Shown piece by piece: positions 29,130 through 43,300 of a stretch of 64,000 bases of DNA. Position 1 is the first letter of the stretch, and every line of letters starts with the position of its first letter. A program made the translations under genes and the position numbers. Where the stretch lies: positions 83,403 to 147,402 of the forward strand of contig JAUIER010000008.1 of NCBI GenBank assembly GCA_030429765.1, in the 5' to 3' direction. A model generated the notes under the pieces. It was not told where the DNA came from. It did no database searches and was given only the letters and a program-made list of their open reading frames with translations. This DNA comes from a bacterium (lineage in GTDB: Bacteria > Omnitrophota > Gorgyraeia > Zapsychrales > Zapsychraceae).

Positions 29130-29927
29130 ATGAAATCAGCTTGGTTAACGGATATACATCTAAATTTTCTTAAAGACAGGCAAGTGAAGGGATTTCTAAA
29201 CGCGCTTGGAAAGGAGTCGGCGGATAATTATCTTATTTCTGGCGACATTGGAGAGGCTGACAGCGTAATTAAGTATTTAAAGCTGCTTGATTCAATCTTA
29301 GATAGACCCGTATATGTAGTTTTGGGTAATCATGATTTTTATAAGGGGTCAATAGAAGTCGTACGAAGCGAGTTGTCTGAGTATGTAAATCATTCCCGCA
29401 ATATTGTCTGGATGAACAAAATAGAGTTTATTGAGCTGACCGATAAGACGGCCTTGATTGGGCATGATTCATGGGCGGACGGTAGGATTGGAGATTTTTA
29501 TGGCAGTATGGTTGAATTAAATGATTTTCATCTAATCGACGAATTGAAATTGAAAGGCAAGGCGGCAAGGATTGAGGCCATGCAAAAATTGGCTGACGAG
29601 GCTGCAGATCACTTTAAACAAAATCTTCCAAAGATATTAAAGCGCTTTCAAAATGTTATTGTGCTTACTCACGTTCCACCTTTTAAAGAAGCGACATGGC
29701 ACGAAGGGAGTACGTCTGGTGATGATTGGCTGCCGTTTTTTTCAAGTCGGATTGTCGGAGATGTTTTGAAGCGTATCATGAATACGCATCCGGATCACAA
29801 CATGACTGTGCTTTGCGGACACACGCATAGTTCGGGTAAGTGTCAAATTTTGCCTAACCTAAAGGTTTTAACGGGAGGGGCAGAATATGGGATACCTGCC
29901 ATACAGCAAATTCTGAACATAACCTAG
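29130..29927 (+). CDS. Calcineurin-like metallophosphoesterase
   Basis: DIH, GDI, GNHD, THVPP and GHTH motifs. Confidence 0.9.
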   Translation: MKSAWLTDIHLNFLKDRQVKGFLNALGKESADNYLISGDIGEADSVIKYLKLLDSILDRPVYVVLGNHDFYKGSIEVVRSELSEYVNHSRNIVWMNKIEFIELTDKTALIGHDSWADGRIGDFYGSMVELNDFHLIDELKLKGKAARIEAMQKLADEAADHFKQNLPKILKRFQNVIVLTHVPPFKEATWHEGSTSGDDWLPFFSSRIVGDVLKRIMNTHPDHNMTVLCGHTHSSGKCQILPNLKVLTGGAEYGIPAIQQILNIT

Positions 29928-29943
29928 AGCGTGCGGTAAGTCT

Positions 29944-30011
29944 AACCCGCCCCCCGGGGCTTTGGGCCCAGGGGTTAGTTGAAGATTGATTATAGGGCGC
30001 TGACCCCTATT

Positions 30012-30013
<2 letters not shown>
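29944..30013 (+). repeat. Dispersed intergenic repeat, copy 3, with AGGGCGCTGACCCCTATTTT tail
   Basis: aacccgccccccggggctttgggcccagg; tail identical to the one after copy 6. Confidence 0.75.
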
Positions 30014-33620
<3,607 letters not shown>

Positions 33621-33624
33621 TGGT

Positions 33625-33670
33625 AGTCTCGCAGCGCAATCCCTGGGGATTTGTAACCGAATCTTAAAAA
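33625..33670 (+). repeat. Dispersed intergenic repeat, copy 5 (degenerate)
   Basis: agtctcgcagcgcaatccctggggatttgtaaccgaatcttaaaaa. Confidence 0.7.
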
Positions 33671-33965
33671 GCAGGCCGACGCCCAACATAGTTCCTGTCT
33701 ACGCCCTATTCGGAAGTTCTATCATGTCTACCAATCGCTTTGGGGGGTGGGGGTGAGGCCTTTTTTATGGTAAGTAACCTAAAGGTCAAAGGTGAAGCCG
33801 GCGTCTCAGTTTAGATTTAAGTTATTGCTATATAATCATTTATGTATTACAAGTGTCGAATTGCAATCCTTATGATATTGAATAGTAACACTATGATAAC
33901 AAAGTGTATGATTTTGTATCTTTGTGCTAAAATACCCACAATATAATTCAAAAAAGGATTTCAAT

Positions 33966-34799
33966 ATGAGTTCATGGATATTTCAAGGAAACCCTGATAA
34001 ATTTGACGTTGATGAGTATCTCCGAAAAACCGATTATGTGTATTGGAGTGTAACATGGCCTGCGCATCAGAAACAAATGGCTATCGGGGATAAGGTATTT
34101 ATATGGCGGGCTAAAGGTAAAATGAAAGCAGTTTCGGGTTTGGTAGCTTTTGGAAGTATTGCTGAAGAATGTACTGGTAGGGATAAAGTAAAGAAGCCGA
34201 TGAAGATTTATGATTCTTTATGGAATTTAGGTCCGCAGGAAGAAGCGTCAGAAATCAAGGTTGGTGTGCAAATAACAGAAGTACGATTATCACCTGGAAA
34301 AGGTATGGTGACTTTGGATGAAATTTTATGTGACCCAGTTTTAAGTGATATGCAGATAGTCAAGGCTCGACAGGGGTCAAATTTTAGCCTTACTGAGGCT
34401 CAGTATCAAAGATTAGTTGAATTGTGGGGAAGTGTATCTGATGAGCAGATAGAATTTCAGCCAACAGGGTTATCAGTTTTAGAGGGAAAAATTTATTATC
34501 GTATTCATCGTACTAGAGAGCGTGATAGTAATATTGTTAAAAAGGCAAAAGCAGAATTTCTTAAGAAGCATGGATGTTATTTTTGTGAGATATGTAAGTT
34601 AAAGTTAGAAGAAAAATATGGGGATCTAGCTTCTGGTTTTATTGAAGCCCACCACATTAAACCTGTGAATAAAATGAAACTCGGAGATAAAACATCTGTT
34701 GATGATTTAATGATGTTGTGTCCAAATTGTCATAGAATATTACATCGAGGTGATCCAGAAGTTAATTTGGAAAAAATGAAAAATTTATTTAAAGATTAA
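33966..34799 (+). CDS. EVE/PUA-like domain + HNH endonuclease (putative modification-dependent restriction enzyme)
   Basis: N-terminal WIFQGNP..GDKVFIW; C-terminal CEIC..IEAHHI..LCPNCHR..H. Confidence 0.8.
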   Translation: MSSWIFQGNPDKFDVDEYLRKTDYVYWSVTWPAHQKQMAIGDKVFIWRAKGKMKAVSGLVAFGSIAEECTGRDKVKKPMKIYDSLWNLGPQEEASEIKVGVQITEVRLSPGKGMVTLDEILCDPVLSDMQIVKARQGSNFSLTEAQYQRLVELWGSVSDEQIEFQPTGLSVLEGKIYYRIHRTRERDSNIVKKAKAEFLKKHGCYFCEICKLKLEEKYGDLASGFIEAHHIKPVNKMKLGDKTSVDDLMMLCPNCHRILHRGDPEVNLEKMKNLFKD

Positions 34800-35203
34800 T
34801 GGATCATTTGTCTAAAACAAAAAGAAGTTGGAACATGTCCTTGATTAAATCAAAGGACACAAAGCCGGAAGTTATTGTACGGAGCATCGTCCATAGATTG
34901 GGATTTAGGTTTAGACTTCATAAATCTGGATTACCAGGCAGTCCAGATATAGTTCTTAAGAAATATAAAACAGTTATTTTTGTTCATGGATGTTTTTGGC
35001 ATCAGCATAAAGGCTGCAAAAGATCAAATATCCCAAAGACAAATCAGAAATATTGGATACCAAAGCTTGAAAGAAATTTAGAAAGAGATAGAATAAATAA
35101 AAGAGATTTGAAGAAAGATGGCTGGAAAGTTATTGTTTTATGGGAATGTCAGATGCGAGATCCTGAACGGCTGAAGTTGGATTTAATAAGTAAATTAATA
35201 TAG
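34799..35203 (+). CDS. vsr: Very short patch repair endonuclease
   Basis: RSWNMS.IKSKDTKPE, LPGSPDIV, FVHGCFWHQH, WECQ. Confidence 0.95.
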   Translation: MDHLSKTKRSWNMSLIKSKDTKPEVIVRSIVHRLGFRFRLHKSGLPGSPDIVLKKYKTVIFVHGCFWHQHKGCKRSNIPKTNQKYWIPKLERNLERDRINKRDLKKDGWKVIVLWECQMRDPERLKLDLISKLI

Positions 35204-35206
35204 AAT

Positions 35207-35236
35207 TTGACATACCATACATATGTGTGGTATAAA
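35207..35236 (+). promoter_or_regulatory. Methyltransferase promoter with palindromic operator
   Basis: TTGACA-18nt-TATAAA; 22-bp near-palindrome ATACCATACATATGTGTGGTAT at 35212-35233. Confidence 0.55.
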
Positions 35237-35293
35237 GTTAATTGTCCCCCAGAAATCGATTCCCTTAACTAAAACTAAAGGAAAGGGGCAATT

Positions 35294-36328
35294 ATGGAAG
35301 ATCATTTTATGGCAAAATCAAACGGTTACACTGTTGGAAGTCTATTCGCAGGAATAGGAGGTGTATGTCAGGGCTTTAAGGATGCAGGCTATGATGTTAA
35401 ATGGGCCAATGAATTCGATAGTAACGCAAATGTGACTTATTCCGAAAACTTTACACATAAGTTAGATCCATCAGATATTCATGATTTAGATCCTTCTAAT
35501 TTTGAATCAGTAGATGTAATCACTTCTGGTTTTCCGTGTCAGGCTTTTTCTATCGCGGGTTATCAGCATGGATTTAAAGATGATAGAGGAAATTTATTCT
35601 TTGAGACTATGCGTTTCATAAATACTCTTAAGCCTAGAGCATTCTTATTAGAAAATGTAAAGAATTTGGTTTCTCATGATAAAGGTAGAACTTTTGAGAT
35701 TATTAAAGAAACGGTATTAGATAGCGGGTATTCTTTTGTTCCGAAAGTTTTAAATTCAATGGAATATGGAAATGTTCCGCAGACAAGAGAACGAATTTAT
35801 ATTGTTGGATTCCGAAATGAGTTCGACGATAACTCTGTTGATTTTCAATGGCCTAAAAAGATTAAGTTAGGTAAGTCAATTAGGGATGTTCTTGAAAGTT
35901 CTAAAGTAGATGATAAATATTACTACAAGAAAAGCTGTCATTTTTACAAGGAATTAAAAGCTGGAATGAAGTCACGAGATACCGTTTACCAGTGGAGAAG
36001 GGTCTATTTAAGAGAAAATAAAAGTAATGTCTGTCCAACTTTAACTGCAAACATGGGAACAGGTGGTCATAATGTTCCATTAATCTTAGATGATTATGGT
36101 ATTAGAAAATTAACTCCCAGAGAATGCGCTCGATTACAAGGGTTTAAGGAAAGTTATAAAATACCACATGAAAAGGTTTGTAATTCTCAACTGTATAAGC
36201 AGTTTGGAAATTCTGTAAGTGTTCCTGTGATTCGAAGAATAGCGAATCAAATACAGTCTCATTTAGATTTAAATGATGATGTCAAGAAGGTGGCTGTTGC
36301 AAAAGAGCTAGAGTTAGCAACGGTATAA
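35294..36328 (+). CDS. DNA (cytosine-5)-methyltransferase
   Basis: FAGIGG, GFPCQAFS, ENV, PQ.RER, LTPREC.RLQGF and GNSV motifs. Confidence 0.95.
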   Translation: MEDHFMAKSNGYTVGSLFAGIGGVCQGFKDAGYDVKWANEFDSNANVTYSENFTHKLDPSDIHDLDPSNFESVDVITSGFPCQAFSIAGYQHGFKDDRGNLFFETMRFINTLKPRAFLLENVKNLVSHDKGRTFEIIKETVLDSGYSFVPKVLNSMEYGNVPQTRERIYIVGFRNEFDDNSVDFQWPKKIKLGKSIRDVLESSKVDDKYYYKKSCHFYKELKAGMKSRDTVYQWRRVYLRENKSNVCPTLTANMGTGGHNVPLILDDYGIRKLTPRECARLQGFKESYKIPHEKVCNSQLYKQFGNSVSVPVIRRIANQIQSHLDLNDDVKKVAVAKELELATV

Positions 36329-36347
36329 TTTTATATTGATTTAATTT

Positions 36348-36379
36348 AGGGCTGATACTTAACGGTGTCAGCCCTTTTT
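36348..36379 (+). terminator. Intrinsic terminator between the methyltransferase and endonuclease genes
   Basis: agggctgatac-ttaacg-gtgtcagccct followed by a T-run. Confidence 0.75.
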
Positions 36380-36406
36380 ATTTACCCTTTGTAATTAAGG
36401 TAATTA

Positions 36407-37309
36407 TTGTTAATATATATGGAAGATAATGAAGGGCAAATATATATGACAATTGATAAGAATCAAGTTAAAAAGCTGAACAAAAAAGCTTCAAGTGTGC
36501 CAAAAGACTTTAAAGATGAGGTCACTAAGCAATTCAATATTGATATTGAGCAGGAAGCTATACAGATACAATTAGTTAAAGAGCTTGAAGATTATAATTA
36601 TGTGAAGAATAAAATTGTGAAAATAGCTGATAAATACGGCTATTACAAGGCTGATCTCCAAAAGTTTTATGACAATTATTTCTTCCGGCAAGTTTCTAAG
36701 AATATTAACTTTGACAGTGTTAATTCAGACATAATTAAAAATCTTGAGAAAGATTCTTCTATAAATTCAAATGAGTTATCATTTATTAAGTCAAAACTAA
36801 AAAATATCCTTAATAAGTCGCTATTTTTAGCGTCTATTGACGGGTTTTCAACAAATATATTGCATGTTGAATCAGGTGTAATGACCGCTAATGCTGGCGA
36901 TAGTGCTCAGTTTTTATTTTTAGGCAGAGCAATTTTAGCGGGATTTAATTGTTCTAACGTTGATGTTCGTTCTAGTAGATATGATGCAATTATTGATTTG
37001 GATGGTAAGCTATTAAAAATTCAAGTGAAAGGGATTTCTACTGGAGGAAGTATAAGTTTTAAAGATAGAGACAGAGGAGGTCAGGGGATAGATCATACTC
37101 ATCCAAGAAATGTTGGAAAAAGAATAACTAGTAAAGACTGTGATATTTTTGTAGCAGTAGATAAGCAAGTAGGTCTTTGTTATCTTGTGCCTATGGAAGA
37201 ATTTGCTGACCCATTATCCGATGATCAAGCGAAAAGTGTGAGCTTAAGTAAAGTGGAACAATACAAAGAAAATTGGGATATTATTAAGAAAGTTGCAGAT
37301 AGTATGTGA
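36407..37309 (+). CDS. PD-(D/E)XK endonuclease, probable cognate type II restriction enzyme
   Basis: RYDAIID..KIQVK motif; adjacent to a C5 methyltransferase; start uncertain (36407/36419/36446). Confidence 0.7.
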   Translation: MLIYMEDNEGQIYMTIDKNQVKKLNKKASSVPKDFKDEVTKQFNIDIEQEAIQIQLVKELEDYNYVKNKIVKIADKYGYYKADLQKFYDNYFFRQVSKNINFDSVNSDIIKNLEKDSSINSNELSFIKSKLKNILNKSLFLASIDGFSTNILHVESGVMTANAGDSAQFLFLGRAILAGFNCSNVDVRSSRYDAIIDLDGKLLKIQVKGISTGGSISFKDRDRGGQGIDHTHPRNVGKRITSKDCDIFVAVDKQVGLCYLVPMEEFADPLSDDQAKSVSLSKVEQYKENWDIIKKVADSM

Positions 37310-37866
37310 TAACATATGTGTAACAAAACAAGCCTGATAACAAGCAAACAGCAGTAAATAACAGCAAGTCAAATCTTCCCTAAGTCCAACCAAGAGTTAA
37401 TATTAGTAAAAACAAGCAAATATCAGCAACGATCATAAACATTCTCATAACCTGAAGGTCTCAGTATACAGATTTACGTATTATTACCGCATGGTATTTT
37501 TAGAGCCATGGGATAGCGGCAAATACGATACCTGACCAGCCGACACCCAACCCCACCCGCCACAAAACCATCTTAAATCTAACCAATTGCACCCCCGCCA
37601 ACCACCGGTAAGTAGGGGATTTATTGTTTTACTGGCTGTTCCGGGGGGGGTGGAGACTTATTCTAACTTAAATCCTCGTTTCTGTTAATGGGGAGCAGTA
37701 TAAATTTGACTATGATCAACAAATTTGGAATGGATACATATACTGCGAAATTCCCCTCGATGTCCGCTTAAGTCCTACCGTGTCATATTGACAAAGCAGG
37801 CTGACCTTTTTAAGCTAATACAAGCTTAATATTTCTAGCCAGATAGCAACTTCAAAGGATGCAGTA

Positions 37867-38505
37867 ATGAAAAAAATTTTTGTAGTTTTAGTGCTTTGTT
37901 TAGTTCCCTCCATGGCTCAAGCCATTATAATTATGCCTGAGGTGAGTGGTACATTTAGGGATGGACCATTTGCGGCGAAAGATGGGGTGCCCGATCAAAC
38001 ATACAATGTTACCACGTCGATTTTTAATACACCTGTCGACGAGTACCGGGCAGTCATTGAATTTGATTTGCTGAATGTATCAGAAAACGTATTAGAAGGT
38101 TACATCCAGTTGAATCGGGATGCTACCTCGGGGCCGTATCCGTTTCAAATTGATGTTTTTACTTATGTAGGTGATGGCTTTCTTTCAAATGACGACTTCA
38201 GTGCGGGAGACAAATACACAACCTTTACGTATGCGGGTTTTGATAGTTCCGTTGTTGATGTGACGTCGGCAATCAATGCGGCATTGGATGATAACTATAA
38301 GTATTTGGGTTTTAATTTTAGGTACGTCGGGCAGTCAGATATCTCGGTTGAGGGTCCATTCATAAGTTACCGCGACAATTTGCTATTTATCAATGAACGA
38401 CCGCCGGAGCCGATATCATATCCTATCCCCGAACCCGCCAGTCTGATCCTTTTCGGCAGCGGAATGGCAGGAGCTTTTCTTCGACGTCGCAAATCATCCC
38501 ATTAA
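37867..38505 (+). CDS. PEP-CTERM sorting domain protein
   Basis: Signal peptide ending AQA; C-terminal IPEPASLILFGSGMAGAFLRRRK. Confidence 0.9.
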   Translation: MKKIFVVLVLCLVPSMAQAIIIMPEVSGTFRDGPFAAKDGVPDQTYNVTTSIFNTPVDEYRAVIEFDLLNVSENVLEGYIQLNRDATSGPYPFQIDVFTYVGDGFLSNDDFSAGDKYTTFTYAGFDSSVVDVTSAINAALDDNYKYLGFNFRYVGQSDISVEGPFISYRDNLLFINERPPEPISYPIPEPASLILFGSGMAGAFLRRRKSSH

Positions 38506-38542
38506 TAGATCCCATATTGTCAACGGCAGGTAAGATACACCC

Positions 38543-38573
38543 AAGGCCCTGGAACCCATCCAGGGCCTTTTTT
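38543..38573 (+). terminator. Intrinsic terminator
   Basis: aaggccctgga-accca-tccagggcctt followed by a T-run. Confidence 0.8.
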
Positions 38574-38575
38574 GT

Positions 38576-38651
38576 ACCCCCGCTCCGCAACCCCCCGGGG
38601 GTTTGGAACCAGGTCTTAAAGCTTTGTTTTAGGGCGCTGACCCCTATTTTT
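38576..38651 (+). repeat. Dispersed intergenic repeat, copy 6, with AGGGCGCTGACCCCTATTTT tail
   Basis: acccccgctccgcaaccccccgggggtttggaaccaggtcttaaa. Confidence 0.9.
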
Positions 38652-38683
38652 TATGCTATGATGAGGGGGTTTTTTGATTTTTT

Positions 38684-38713
38684 TGAAACTTTTTGGACGG
38701 GATTTTCGTCTAA
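38684..38713 (+). promoter_or_regulatory. Putative autoregulatory ECF-sigma promoter
   Basis: TGAAAC-17nt-CGTCTA directly upstream of the ECF sigma gene. Confidence 0.55.
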
Positions 38714-38731
38714 TCCAGTGAATGCTTGAGT

Positions 38732-39289
38732 ATGGAAAACATATCCAGAGACACAATTGAAGACGCGGCCCGGGGTGATCTCGCGGCATTTGAGGCCATC
38801 TACCGGGAATGTTCCGGCTATGTGTTCAATGTGGCCTGGCGGATTGTCAACAACCGGGCGGACGCCGAAGAGGTCGTACAGGAGGTATTTCTGGTGATTC
38901 ATCGAAAACTGAAACATTACCGTTTTGAATCCGCGTTTAAGACCTGGGTCTACCGCGTGGCCGCCAACAGCGCCGTCGACTATGTGCGCAAAAGCGCCCG
39001 CACCCGGCCCACGGATGAGTATCGGGCGATGGTGCAGGCCGCGCCGCCCGCCGGACCATCCGGCCAGCCGGCCGATGAACGCCGTATCATCGAAACCACC
39101 CGCCGCGTGTTTGAGCGTCTGCCGGCGGACCAGAAGACCTGTATGGTGCTCCGGCACATCGAAGGCCTGTCCTACAAGGAAATCGCCGACACCCTCGACA
39201 TCAATATCAATACCGTACGAACCCGCTTGAGACGGGCGAGGGAGACCCTGCTCGCGCTCCGGCATGAGGTGCTGCACCATGAACTGTGA
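38732..39289 (+). CDS. ECF RNA polymerase sigma factor
   Basis: DAEEVVQEVF, FKTWVYRVA.N, EGLSYKEIA..L..NTVRTRL.RAR. Confidence 0.92.
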   Translation: MENISRDTIEDAARGDLAAFEAIYRECSGYVFNVAWRIVNNRADAEEVVQEVFLVIHRKLKHYRFESAFKTWVYRVAANSAVDYVRKSARTRPTDEYRAMVQAAPPAGPSGQPADERRIIETTRRVFERLPADQKTCMVLRHIEGLSYKEIADTLDININTVRTRLRRARETLLALRHEVLHHEL

Positions 39290-39806
39290 TCAGATCAAAG
39301 AATTGTTGCTGACGGATTATCTGGATCAGAACCTGTCCGACGAACAGACTCAGGCCGTTGACCGGCATCTGAATGCGTGTCCGGCGTGTCGGGAATTCGC
39401 CGCGAGCGTTGAGACCTATGTGAGCGCACCGTTGGAGAGTCTGGAACGGGGTGCACCGTCCGAGGCGGTGTGGCAGAAGATCCGTACCGAGATCGAGTCT
39501 GAACAGGCCGTGGAGGCTGACGTCGAGACGGCGCCGTCCATGCTGGAGTCATGGAAGGCTTTATTGAAACGGATCCGGCCGGTCTATGCCGGATTGGCGT
39601 TGGTCGCGATCTTGACCTTGAGTATGGTCCGTTTGTACAACCCGTCCGTACCGGTTGCACCGGACGCGGGCATCAGTCCGGACGATCAGGCCCGGCAGAT
39701 TGAATTTATGACCTATTTGACGTCGGAAAACGGCGAGTTAGGCGAGTCGGACAGTGAAGACTATGCCGAAGGGATCGAAGAATATTTTCTGTTATCTATG
39801 AGATAA
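39279..39806 (+). CDS. Zinc-binding (ZAS) membrane anti-sigma factor
   Basis: HLNACPAC (HxxxCxxC) plus one TM; overlaps the sigma stop. Confidence 0.88.
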   Translation: MNCDQIKELLLTDYLDQNLSDEQTQAVDRHLNACPACREFAASVETYVSAPLESLERGAPSEAVWQKIRTEIESEQAVEADVETAPSMLESWKALLKRIRPVYAGLALVAILTLSMVRLYNPSVPVAPDAGISPDDQARQIEFMTYLTSENGELGESDSEDYAEGIEEYFLLSMR

Positions 39807-39811
39807 GGAGA

Positions 39812-40270
39812 GTGGTGATGAAACCCCGAATGATTGTGATGTTAATCGTCAGCGTGATGTGGCTGGCGGCCCGGCCGAACGCGGTCATGGCCGGCGACCC
39901 GGCCGCGTTGTCCAAAAAACAGATGCGCCAGCAATGGGAGGCGAAAGTACAGGCCATTCACCGTCAGCTGGATCTGAGTCCCGCCCAGGAACAACAGCTC
40001 GAGGCCAACCGCCTCAAGTATCAGGATCAGAAGGAAGAATTGTACGGACAGATCTGCGACACGCGTTCGGAATTAAACGCGGAGTTTCGCAAGGCCGACT
40101 ACGACCGCGAACGGATGAACCAATTGCACGCCCGGATCGTCGAGCTCAAGGAGCTCAAGGAACAATTGCGCTTTGAAAGCCTGCTCGCCGTGCGGAAGAT
40201 CCTGAGCACCGAACAGTTCCAGGAGTTTATGCGCTTAAAGGAAGAACTCAAACCCCGGCATAAAAAATAA
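39812..40270 (+). CDS. Spy/CpxP-like periplasmic protein
   Basis: Signal peptide; LDLSPAQ and ILSTEQ (LTxxQ-like) motifs. Confidence 0.8.
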   Translation: MVMKPRMIVMLIVSVMWLAARPNAVMAGDPAALSKKQMRQQWEAKVQAIHRQLDLSPAQEQQLEANRLKYQDQKEELYGQICDTRSELNAEFRKADYDRERMNQLHARIVELKELKEQLRFESLLAVRKILSTEQFQEFMRLKEELKPRHKK

Positions 40271-40312
40271 CGGCCGGTCCGGCCTCAATCAATTCCCAAA
40301 TAAAGACTTGAT

Positions 40313-43300
40313 ATGCTCAAAGCCCTGATAACTTATTTTGTCGATCGTCACCTCTTGACCAATATGATCTTTTTGGCGATCTTTATCGGCGGGATCGTCA
40401 GCTGGCAGAATATCAAAAAAGAAGAGCTGCCGGATGTGACCTTTGACCGGATCCGTATCTCCGCGGCCTACCCCGGCGCCACGGCCGAGGAGGTGGAGCA
40501 TTTTGTCACCAAGGAGATCGAGGAAGCGGTGGAAGGACTCGACGGCGTTTATCGGGTCACCAGTACAGCCAGTCAGGGCAGCACCAGTGTCACCGTCGAG
40601 CTGGAACAGGATTATCCCAAAAAGGACGAGGCCATCACCGAGATCCGTAACGCAGTGTCGGATGTGGACCTGCCTGCCGACATCCGCGATGATCCGTCGG
40701 TCCGGGTTTTTGAGACCTCCAAGAAGGCCATTCTCGACGTGGCCCTGATCTATACCGGGGCGCATCTGCTGGATACCGAACAGCGGCGGTTGCTGCAGCA
40801 ATATGCATTGTCATTGGAAAATCAGCTGGTGAGTCTCAAGGAAGTCAACAGCGTCAACAAATCGGGATATTTTCAGGAAGAGATTCAGATCAAGGTCGAT
40901 CCGGCCAAATTGATTCAGTACGACATTCCCTTCAGTCAGGTCAAGCGTGAGATCTCCAACAATCACGCCCGTCAGCCCGCCGGACATATCGAAATCAAGA
41001 ACGAACCCAAGGTCACCATCAACGCCCAGTTGGACACGCCCGAGAAGATCAATCGATTATATATCCAGGCCGGCTTTGAAGGCCAGGCCATTCCATTGTC
41101 CGACATTGCGGAGGTTGAGCGCGGTTTCAATAAAGGCAAAGAGATCATCAAGGTCAATGGTCATGAGAGCATCATGTTTAACGTGGTCAAGAACAGCTCG
41201 ACGGGGATCCTCGAGGCGCTCGAGGTGGTGACGCAACTGACCGAGGACTTCCGGCAGAGTCATCTCGGCGATGTGCCGATTGAGGTGGTGCTGCTGGATG
41301 ATGAGTCGATTGATGTGCGTAATCGCCTGTCGATCATCGCGCAGAACGGGGCGATGGGATTTGTGATGATCCTGCTGTCCTTGTTTTTGTTTCTCAATAA
41401 ACGCTCCGGTGTGTGGGTGGCACTGGGGATTCCGTTTACGATTTGCTTTACGCTGATCTGCGGGCACATGATGGGTTACACGGTCAACAATACCACGCTG
41501 GCCGCGATCATCATTGTGATGGGGATTGTCGTCGACGACGCGATCGTGGTCGCCGAGAACATCGGACGCATGCGCTCGCGCGGACGCAATGACCGTGACG
41601 CCGCGATCGAAGGCACCACCGAGGTATTTTTGCCGATCCTGGCCAGTATCGTGACCACGTGTATCGCGTTTATCCCGCTGTTTTATTTTCAGGGACGCTT
41701 CGGCGCGATCAATAAATACATTCCGCCGATTATCTTTCTGATGCTCGGCGCTAGTCTGTTTGAGTCGCTGTTGATCTTACCCGGGCACATGAGCTCCAAG
41801 GCGCCCAAGTTTTTGAGCCGGCGTAAAAAGGCCGGGGCCGTGACCAAGGCCCACTGGTTTGAACGCATCGAAAATATGTATGGCCGGGCCCTGGAAAAGA
41901 TCCTGCCGTTTAAGCTGATTGTGTTCGCGGGATTTATCGGTTTGTTGATCTTTTCCGGATGGGTCATGACCCAGAAGATGAAGTTTGTGATGTTCCCCAA
42001 TGAAGAAACCCGCGACATTGTGCTGTCGGGTAATGCCGATAAGACCGCCGACCGCATTGATACCGCCAATGTCACGCGCAAAATTGAAGATATCCTTAAA
42101 CCCTACATCGGTCAGGAGGTGGTGGGGTATCGCACCGAGATCGCGCGTAGCCGTCGGGGCGGGGAGGTCCAGGAAAACCGTTTTCGGATGATTATCGAGG
42201 TTGTGCCCAAGGAAAAACGCGAGCGCTCCGCCGACCAATTGATCGCGTTGTGGAAACCGCAGATCGAGGCCGTCGACGGATTGGCCAAGGTCATGTTTCA
42301 GAAGAGCCGTTGGGGACAGGACAGCGGCAGTCCGATTGCCATTCTGATTCAGGAAAACAATGATCAGCTGCGGGCACAGGCCGCCGCCCGACTATCCGAG
42401 ATGATGAGTAGTAATCCGCATCTGACCAATGTCGAGATCGAGGCGCCGATCCGCATCGCCGAACACAAGATTGATTTCAAACGCGACAAGGTCAAACGGC
42501 TCGACATCAACCCGACGGAGATCACCGCCACATTCCGTTCGGCGCTGGAGGGATCGGTGCTGTACGAGTATCCCAACGGTGACGAGGAAGTCGACGTTCG
42601 ATTGACGGTGAAGGACGATTCCAAACGGGACCTGAATACGATTCTGGATATCCCGGTGCAGAATCAGCGTAACTATCTGGTGCCGCTGCGCGATCTGGTG
42701 GATGTCACCGACACGCAGACGCCTAATTCGATTTCGCGACGTGACGGACGCCGGACCACGGAGGTCTACGCGGATATCAAGAAAGGGCTTAAGATAACAC
42801 CGCTTGAGATTGCCGAAGAGCTGGAGCGTTCGGTGTTCCCGCAGGTGCTGAAGGCCCAGCCGTCGACGACGCTGTCGTTTACCGGGGAGGTCTACGATAC
42901 CCGCGAGGCACAGGGCGGTTTTCGAACGGCGATCATCATGGTCGTGTGCCTGATCTTCGCGATCCTGTCGGTGCTGTATAATTCCGTAACCCGTCCGCTG
43001 ATCATTATGTTGTCGATTCCGTTCGGGATGGTTGGTGTAATTTTGGCGTTTTGGCTGCACGGAAAAATTCTGTTTGGATTCTTTGCCGCAATCGGCGCCT
43101 TGGGGCTGGCCGGCGTGGTGATCAATGATTCGATCATTATGCTTTCCAAGCTGGACAATGAATTCGACGCCACTCATCGCCATCAGATCAATCCGTGTAT
43201 CGCCCGCATCGCGCAGACGCGTTTGCGCGCGGTGATCCTGACCACGGTAACGACGGTCGTCGGGGTGTTGCCGACCGCGTATGGACTGGCCGGGTACGAT

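Larger units (their letters stand above)
33775..37460. mobile_element. AT-rich restriction-modification cassette bounded by 13-bp imperfect direct repeats
   Basis: TAACCTAAAGGTC (33775) vs TAACCTGAAGGTC (37448); sharp AT enrichment between them. Confidence 0.6.

Noticed and set aside
37420-37500. Complete tRNA-Met gene
   Set aside because: Only about 17 nt resemble tRNA-fMet; there is no acceptor stem, D arm or T arm.
33738-37566. G-rich (33738-33760) and C-rich (37544-37566) tracts as terminal inverted repeats of the RM cassette
   Set aside because: The sequences are low complexity and match only loosely, so chance similarity cannot be excluded.
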